64,000 nucleotides of DNA, taken from contig JAGYIN010000007.1 of the NCBI GenBank assembly GCA_018402665.1, positions 46,509 to 110,508 on the forward strand. The letters are read 5' to 3'. Below the pieces are notes generated by a model, which was not told the origin of the DNA, ran no database searches, and saw nothing but the letters and a program-made list of their open reading frames with translations. The position numbers and the translations under genes are program-made. This document shows, one piece after another, positions 58,395 through 64,000 of this stretch (position 1 is its first letter; every line of letters begins with the position of its first letter). The DNA is from Schleiferiaceae bacterium (GTDB lineage: Bacteria > Bacteroidota > Bacteroidia > Flavobacteriales > Schleiferiaceae).

Positions 58395-59600
58395 TTAAGC
58401 GCGCTCTAAAATAGTTGCATAGCCCTGACCAACGCCAATACACATGCTCACTAAAGCATATTTCTTTCCTGTTTCTTGCAGTTCAATCGCTGCTGAATGA
58501 AGAATACGGCCGCCCGTCACACCAAGCGGATGACCCAAGGCGATGGCACCGCCGTTTGGATTAATTCTTGGATCATTATCCGCCAGTCCAAGTTCTCGCG
58601 TACATGCTAAAACCTGGGCCGCAAAGGCCTCATTCATCTCAATAATATCCATGTCGTCGAGCGTTAATCCTGCCTTTTCAAGTGCCTTTTTCGACGCCTC
58701 AACGGGTCCGATTCCCATAATTCTGGGCTCTACTCCAGCCACCGCTGAACTCACAATACGTGCCAGCGGCTTCAGCCCGTGTTGAGCAACTGCTTCACCA
58801 CTGGCCATCAACAAAGCTACCGCCCCGTCATTTAACCCAGAACTGTTGCCCGCCGTAACCGATCCGTCTTTCTTAAATGCCGGACGGAGGATCGAAAGTC
58901 CTTCCTGCGTTGTGCTAGGCTTCATGAATTCATCCTCAACAAAAACCAGCGGGGCTTTTTTTCGCTGCGGAATTTCCACAGCAAATTTCTCTAGTCTAAA
59001 CCGTCCGCGCTCCTGGGCGCGCGCAGCTTTTTGTTGCGACCAAGCGGCAAATGCATCCTGGTCTTCCCGGCTAATGCCGTACTTCTCAACCAAATTCTCA
59101 GCCGTTTCCCCCATAGCATGGGTTCCATACAGCTCCTTCATCTTTGGATTCACAAAGCGCCAGCCAAAAGAGCTGTCGTACATGCGACTGTCCGTACCGT
59201 ACGCAGATGCTGTTTTTGAAATCACGTAAGGTCCGCGGCTCATGTTCTCTACGCCTCCTGAAATAAACAAATCTCCATCTCCCGCAGCGATGGCACGGTG
59301 TGCGTGAATGGCCGCGCTCATGCCTGAAGCGCACAATCGGTTCACCGTCTCCCCTGGAACCGACCAGGGCAAACCGGCAAGCAATGCCGCCATGCGCGCC
59401 ACATTTCGATTATCCTCTCCCGCCTGATTCGCGCAACCTAAAATCACATCGTCAATGGCCGACGGGTCCAAACCAGGATTTTTCTCCATAAGTTTAGCAA
59501 TGGTCATGGCAGCAAGATCGTCCGGTCGGACCGCAGCAAGCGTTCCTTTAAATTTTCCGATGGGCGTGCGTACGCCATCTACTATATAGGTCTGTTTCAT
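58395..59600 (-). CDS. paaJ: 3-oxoadipyl-CoA/acetyl-CoA thiolase
   Basis: Thiolase motifs LCASGMSA, NEAFAAQ and MCIGVGQG. I chose the start at MKQTYIVDG, which forms an ATGA overlap with the paaI stop. The track start is 59609. Confidence 0.85.
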   Translation of the reverse strand: MKQTYIVDGVRTPIGKFKGTLAAVRPDDLAAMTIAKLMEKNPGLDPSAIDDVILGCANQAGEDNRNVARMAALLAGLPWSVPGETVNRLCASGMSAAIHAHRAIAAGDGDLFISGGVENMSRGPYVISKTASAYGTDSRMYDSSFGWRFVNPKMKELYGTHAMGETAENLVEKYGISREDQDAFAAWSQQKAARAQERGRFRLEKFAVEIPQRKKAPLVFVEDEFMKPSTTQEGLSILRPAFKKDGSVTAGNSSGLNDGAVALLMASGEAVAQHGLKPLARIVSSAVAGVEPRIMGIGPVEASKKALEKAGLTLDDMDIIEMNEAFAAQVLACTRELGLADNDPRINPNGGAIALGHPLGVTGGRILHSAAIELQETGKKYALVSMCIGVGQGYATILERA

Positions 59601-60010
59601 AGGTTCCATTCTTTAGAGGTGCGGTAGACGGTTCCTTTGAACCACGCCACGCGCTCCCCTGTGCGGTTTGTAATATCTATTTGATACAACCCGGTTTTAT
59701 GCGTTTCGCTCAATAAGGTTGCAGATGCGGTAAGCACTTCTCCTGCGCGAACCGCATGCAGGTGGTGAATACTGGTTTCAATCGAAAGGCTTTGTCGTCC
59801 GCCGCCATTTGCAGCGAAAGCCAGCGCAGAATCTGCTAATGCATACGAAATGCCGCCGTGCGCGATGTGAAAACCATTGGTCATTTCATCACGTACAGTC
59901 ATTGTTAGTACCGCCTCGCCTGGAGCATTCGACACTACGGTAATGCCCAGCCATTGGCTAAAGGCATCGTTCTTCATCATGTGATCTACTATATCCTTCG
60001 ATTGATCCAT
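59597..60010 (-). CDS. paaI: Hot-dog thioesterase, PaaI family
   Basis: I chose the start at MDQSKD (ATG 60010). GFHIAHGGISYALADSA motif. The longer track ORF (to 60148) overlaps the upstream gene. Confidence 0.8.
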   Translation of the reverse strand: MDQSKDIVDHMMKNDAFSQWLGITVVSNAPGEAVLTMTVRDEMTNGFHIAHGGISYALADSALAFAANGGGRQSLSIETSIHHLHAVRAGEVLTASATLLSETHKTGLYQIDITNRTGERVAWFKGTVYRTSKEWNL

Positions 60011-60011
60011 G

Positions 60012-60530
60012 TTACGTATCGCTTTCAGTTTTGTCTTGAAGAACCGCCATTTCCATCGCTTCAATAGCACAGTCGAGCAAGAAAAGGACATTGCCCTTCG
60101 CCTCCTCAGTGGCCGGGTTGTTCTCAACCACATAGAGATACAATTCACTCAGAGTATTCGGTGAACTACTCAATTTTATGAGGGCCGAGATATCCAACCC
60201 ATGCTCCTCTTGATGCGACTCATAGCTTTCCAATTTCTCTTCAATCACACCTTGCCATTTTTCATTACTAAGCATGGTCAAGCGCCATCCCATTTTCTGG
60301 AACGACCATTTTAAAAGCAATACAGATTTCAACATCCAACTGTGCGTGTCGTCATCCATGCCTTCATCGGCCTCCATCAACGTACCCATAATGTACGGTT
60401 GCTGCTCTAAAAAATCCATGAAGTTCTGCTGGTATAAGGCCGCTGTCCAGCCCTCTACTTCAATGATCGAATCTTTGAGGCTTACTGCCCCGGCGTTTTG
60501 AGGTGTGTTCATGTCTACGAATTTAAGCAT
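60012..60530 (-). CDS. Hypothetical acidic helical protein (172 aa; alternative start at 60512)
   Basis: ORF has no motif I recognise. Its stop TAA is 1 nt from the paaI ATG. Confidence 0.45.
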   Translation of the reverse strand: MLKFVDMNTPQNAGAVSLKDSIIEVEGWTAALYQQNFMDFLEQQPYIMGTLMEADEGMDDDTHSWMLKSVLLLKWSFQKMGWRLTMLSNEKWQGVIEEKLESYESHQEEHGLDISALIKLSSSPNTLSELYLYVVENNPATEEAKGNVLFLLDCAIEAMEMAVLQDKTESDT

Positions 60531-60560
60531 AAAAAAGCCCCGAGCGTTTCCACTCGAGGC
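60531..60560 (-). terminator. Intrinsic terminator after sqr
   Basis: Stem gcctcgag / ctcggggc (one mismatch) with an 8-nt loop. The minus strand is followed by T6, which directly abuts the next ORF's ATG. Confidence 0.65.
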
Positions 60561-60592
60561 ATTCCAACTAACACATCAAAATATGAACACTA

Positions 60593-61852
60593 TCACATTT
60601 TACCTTTCATCATGCGGTTCCAGTATAAGTAGGGTAATCCATACTTTTTCAAAATCCACATGCTGTAGTTTTCCTTTGTCGTATCCACAAATTTGCTGAG
60701 GAACGGATCGGAATCTCTTTCGTTATTGTACTTAAATTCAGCCAACACCATTTTACCGTAACCCGTTACTAACGGACACGATGAATACCCTTCGTATTGT
60801 TTATCGCTGAATGTAGCGTTCTCCATATGTGCCAACAAATTCGCGGTCACCACAGGCGCTTGCTTACGAATTGCCGCACCAGTTTTCGCAGTCGGCAGCG
60901 CTGCAGAATCACCTAAAGCAAACACATTTGGGTATTTGTTATGCTGAAGCGTGTTGATATCAACATCTATCCAACCCCCAGGAGTACCGTTTGAAAGCGG
61001 GCTGTTTTTAATAAAGTCCGGAGCACTTTGTGGTGGAGCCAGGTGCAAGAAGTCGAATGGAAGTACAAAGGTTGAATCACCATCCAAACGCTCACCCAGT
61101 CCTTCGCCTTCATTTACCGTGCATGCGTTGTCGCCCGGTTTTGCGTTTTTAAAATGAACCTCTTTGTTCGCAACGTCAATCTTTGTGATTGCGTAAAAAG
61201 GTTTGAAGTGGATTTCTTTACGTTGAAGCACTTTAGTCAGTGTTTTAGCAAATTCCGGAACGCCAAAGATTACAGATCCAGGAGTCGCAAAAACCACTTT
61301 AGTTTTGTTTTTCACGCCTTGCTTTGCCCAATAATCATCAGCGAGGTACATGATTTTTTGAGGTGCGCCACCACATTTGATTGGCGTTGTTGGTTGGGTA
61401 AAAATGGCGTTTCCTCCTTTGAATTTTTGAACGTTTTCCCAGACCTTATTAGGATCGGTATAGTTCGAACATACCACCCCTTTTTCTAGACCTTCTTTCA
61501 AACCAGGAATGCCATCCACATCAAGCTGTATACCAGGAGCGGCAACAAGGTAATCGTAGGAAATGCTCCCTGAATTTTGTGTGGCAACACTATTTCCTTC
61601 CGCATCTATGGTGGTCACTGCATCTTGAATCCAATCGCATCCAGCGGGAATGACAGATTGCATCGGTCGACCTGTTTTTTGATAATCGAAGGTTCCGGCA
61701 CCTACTAAAGTCCAAGCTGGCTGGTAGTAGTGTGTTTGTGCTGGATCGATGATCGCAATACTTAGGCTTTTCTTTTCATTTTTTAATTGGGCAGCGGTCA
61801 TAATACCACCGGTACCGGCTCCAATAACGACAACGTTATAATGCTTTGACAT
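60593..61852 (-). CDS. sqr: Sulfide:quinone oxidoreductase (type II, SQRDL-like) / FAD-dependent pyridine nucleotide-disulfide oxidoreductase
   Basis: VVVIGAGTGG FAD fold, 419 aa. The C-terminal amphipathic tail (WILKKYGLPYLYWNRMMKG) is typical of membrane-associated SQR. Confidence 0.75.
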   Translation of the reverse strand: MSKHYNVVVIGAGTGGIMTAAQLKNEKKSLSIAIIDPAQTHYYQPAWTLVGAGTFDYQKTGRPMQSVIPAGCDWIQDAVTTIDAEGNSVATQNSGSISYDYLVAAPGIQLDVDGIPGLKEGLEKGVVCSNYTDPNKVWENVQKFKGGNAIFTQPTTPIKCGGAPQKIMYLADDYWAKQGVKNKTKVVFATPGSVIFGVPEFAKTLTKVLQRKEIHFKPFYAITKIDVANKEVHFKNAKPGDNACTVNEGEGLGERLDGDSTFVLPFDFLHLAPPQSAPDFIKNSPLSNGTPGGWIDVDINTLQHNKYPNVFALGDSAALPTAKTGAAIRKQAPVVTANLLAHMENATFSDKQYEGYSSCPLVTGYGKMVLAEFKYNNERDSDPFLSKFVDTTKENYSMWILKKYGLPYLYWNRMMKGKM

Positions 61853-61934
61853 GGCGTTTTAAGGTGTTGATTTAACCTTAAATGTAAACGCTCCAAATGC
61901 CTTGCTACGTGATATTTATCACCCCACTCAAATT

Positions 61935-62387
61935 TTAAAGGGTGCTTTTGACCATTATTCGATGTGGAATACCGTCTTCTAAAAACTCATCGCCTTGTGC
62001 GACATAACCCAAGCGTCCGTACCAATTAAGAAGGTACGATTGTGCCATGATCACCACATCGCGCTCATCCTGGAATAAACCCCATGCCCATTCTTCTGCG
62101 CGGACCATGAGTTCGATGCCCAGTTCCTTTCCACGTGACGATTTCTCAACCACCACCCGGCCAATACTTACCTGGGGGTAAGCGGTTCCTGGAGGTAAAA
62201 TGCGCACATAGGCCACTACAGCTCCTTGGTTGTTTTTGGCATAGAGGTGAAAGCTGGATTGGTCCTGGTTGTCCAAATCTAAATACACGCAGTCCTGTTC
62301 AACGACGAAAATATCGGAACGCAAGCGGAGTATATCGTAAAGATCCTTTTTAGGAAGGGTTTCAAAGGAATGTCTATGCCACTGCAT
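61935..62387 (-). CDS. GNAT-family N-acetyltransferase (ElaA-like)
   Basis: 150 aa. LYDILRLRSDIFVVEQDCVYLDLD and a Q/RxxGxG/A-like segment SRGKELG. Confidence 0.75.
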   Translation of the reverse strand: MQWHRHSFETLPKKDLYDILRLRSDIFVVEQDCVYLDLDNQDQSSFHLYAKNNQGAVVAYVRILPPGTAYPQVSIGRVVVEKSSRGKELGIELMVRAEEWAWGLFQDERDVVIMAQSYLLNWYGRLGYVAQGDEFLEDGIPHRIMVKSTL

Positions 62388-63237
62388 GATGGTTTCGTTT
62401 TAAAATGAGTTGTTGATACAGTAAGACGATTAAAAATTGGACCCCGAGTAAGGTTGCTATGGTGCCGGCTATCGAAGTATCCAACCACCGACTACAGGCA
62501 TAGCCTCCCAAGGCAGCTACAAGGGCAATGAACGCAGCGCCCATGAGCAGATGGTGAAGTTTCTCCACTAAAAGATAGGCGGTTGCGGCAGGAACAACGA
62601 GTAAAGCCACGACTAAAATGGCGCCGACGCTTTCAAAACTCACCACGGTGGCAAAACTCACCATGGCCATTAAACTGAGGTTCCAAGCGGCCACGCTGAT
62701 GCCTAAAACAGCAGCGTAATCTTCATTAAAACTAGACAGCTTCAGCCCTTTATAACCGACAAAAATGTAGCCTAAGACTGCGAGCAGGAGCAACCCTGAG
62801 GACCAAAGCGCGATTGGCCCCATATTTAGATCCCCCATGGACCAACTATTGAATGGAACATAGGCAATCTCCCCGTACAGCACGCACTCCTGATCTAAAT
62901 CTACGCTGTCGCTCCAGAAAGTAATGAGTATGACACCTAGTGCAAACAAGGTTGTAAACGTCATGCCTATACTTGCATCGCCCTGAACCTTTAAATTCTT
63001 GCGCAAAACCTCTATCATCACTGTGGCTAAAACGCCCACAGCGGCTGCACCTAAGAACATCCATAAAGATGCGCGACTCTGGCTTAACCAATACGCCACT
63101 GCAATGCCCGGAAGTACTGCGTGAGAGATGGCATCACCTACCATGGTCATCTTACGCAACACTAAAAATGCACCGAGCAGGGCACAGGATACTGCGGTAA
63201 AAACTGCGGTTAATGCTATGGCGAGGGTTGGAATCAT
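62374..63237 (-). CDS. Metal (Zn/Mn-type) ABC transporter permease, ABC-3 family
   Basis: 287 aa with about 8-9 TM segments. MVGDAISHAVLPGIA motif. Confidence 0.85.
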   Translation of the reverse strand: MIPTLAIALTAVFTAVSCALLGAFLVLRKMTMVGDAISHAVLPGIAVAYWLSQSRASLWMFLGAAAVGVLATVMIEVLRKNLKVQGDASIGMTFTTLFALGVILITFWSDSVDLDQECVLYGEIAYVPFNSWSMGDLNMGPIALWSSGLLLLAVLGYIFVGYKGLKLSSFNEDYAAVLGISVAAWNLSLMAMVSFATVVSFESVGAILVVALLVVPAATAYLLVEKLHHLLMGAAFIALVAALGGYACSRWLDTSIAGTIATLLGVQFLIVLLYQQLILKRNHHAVA

Positions 63238-64000
63238 TAACGTAAATACTGTGCTAGCGGAAGTCTATAACTCACCCCTGCTCCTAAGAAAAGACCGCTC
63301 GTATTGAGCCGGGTGTTGACATATGGGCTGAGGTCAAATCCTGCATAAACATCCAATTGAAGATCATTGGACAACAACTTTGTAAACCCACCGTCAAAAT
63401 AGGGAGTGCCAAACAACTGCCTGCCTTGGACTTGCCAGTTGCTAAAATATTCAGCGTATACCCCAAAATCATTTCCTAAATCATAACCAAGCGCTAGAGA
63501 GAACATTCCTCCATCCACAAAACCGTTTGTTCCGTTCATACCGCCAGAAATACCAATGTTGCTGGCAATTCCAAGACGAGGGGTCAATCCTTTTTCGAAC
63601 AGGAGGCGCTGTTCGTGGAACAGCATATTTCCTTGTACCGGCGCGCGGTAATCGCCACCAGCGATCCAGGGCAAAGTGAGGTGGCTTAACCAAGTAATCT
63701 GCGGCAGTAGGTTTGTTTCTTCTATTAGATTGTACTTGAAACCAATAGTTACTGGATGCACACCTGTGGTTCGGGACGGGTCATTCCAGATATCAACGAT
63801 ATCTAGGCGTTTGGTATTTGCATTGATCACCGCGCGCACCTCAAATTTTTGATTTATTCCGAAACGTAGCACCTCCTCTATTTGATGGGCATCTGTTATG
63901 CTCGTGTTGGATGTTCTTTCCTCTACATGCGAATACTGGTACCCACCTTCATACTGAAACCAACCCACAGGAGTGATTTGCGCCCTTTCGGTAATATCAG
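63237..64000 (-). CDS. Outer-membrane beta-barrel protein (MetA-pathway/'transporter' type), N-terminus outside the window
   Basis: Frame is open to the window edge (the track 'M' at 63968 is an internal GTG). Alternating strand pattern with a C-terminal aromatic residue. Stop overlaps the permease ATG (TAATG). Confidence 0.45.
   Translation of the reverse strand, partial: DITERAQITPVGWFQYEGGYQYSHVEERTSNTSITDAHQIEEVLRFGINQKFEVRAVINANTKRLDIVDIWNDPSRTTGVHPVTIGFKYNLIEETNLLPQITWLSHLTLPWIAGGDYRAPVQGNMLFHEQRLLFEKGLTPRLGIASNIGISGGMNGTNGFVDGGMFSLALGYDLGNDFGVYAEYFSNWQVQGRQLFGTPYFDGGFTKLLSNDLQLDVYAGFDLSPYVNTRLNTSGLFLGAGVSYRLPLAQYLR

Noticed and set aside
61858-61882. Inverted repeat tttaaggt-N9-accttaaa, 5 nt upstream of the sqr ATG.
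   Set aside because: The stem is short and AT-rich, with no T-run and no second copy, so it is too weak to call as a regulatory element.
1-64000. I looked for CRISPR arrays, IS elements or transposases, integrases, prophage genes, tRNA or rRNA genes, restriction-modification systems, toxin-antitoxin pairs and other defence-type gene pairs.
   Set aside because: No spaced direct-repeat arrays were seen. No ORF showed transposase, integrase or nuclease hallmarks. No intergenic region was both long enough and GC-balanced enough for a tRNA. The scan was by eye only, so short or degenerate elements could be missed.

Overview
This 64-kb window looks like a Bacteroidota (Flavobacteriia-like) chromosome. 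Evidence: a SusC/SusD pair, three proteins ending in T9SS-type C-terminal sorting domains, several exact TAnnTTTG -7 promoter boxes and many lipoprotein signals. I saw no rRNA, tRNA, CRISPR array, transposase, integrase or recognisable defence or toxin-antitoxin genes. Contents in order: (1) housekeeping genes 1-24.7 kb: pepA fragment, pdxA, DUF177-rpmF, fabH-accB-accC, msrA, asd, a ureohydrolase, purQ, aspS, tadA, an SSF symporter and rimP-nusA-infB, interrupted by two large T9SS cargo genes. (2) A roughly 23-kb alpha-glucan (starch/maltodextrin) utilisation region at 25.7-48.9 kb: a surface protein with four CBM-like modules, four GH13 genes in total, an AraC regulator, an MFS transporter, susC/susD plus accessory proteins, and a degenerate-Nudix NrtR-like regulator divergent from pfkA-gapA, a kinase-like ATPase, pgmB and a GH65 phosphorylase. 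(3) A TonB-dependent receptor plus beta-propeller phytase pair. (4) A tightly packed partial phenylacetate-type operon (paaI-paaJ-paaY-paaZ-enoyl-CoA hydratase) flanked by two uncharacterised genes. (5) sqr, a GNAT, an ABC-3 permease and a partial outer-membrane barrel gene. I found no clear-cut new system. The best leads are the NrtR-like regulator with a perfect 21-bp palindrome over the pfkA promoter, the glycolysis genes wired into the starch locus, the partial paa operon with unknown partners, and the Arg/Asn/Gly-rich extension on PdxA. All calls rest on reading the sequence and ORF translations by eye. No database search was run.
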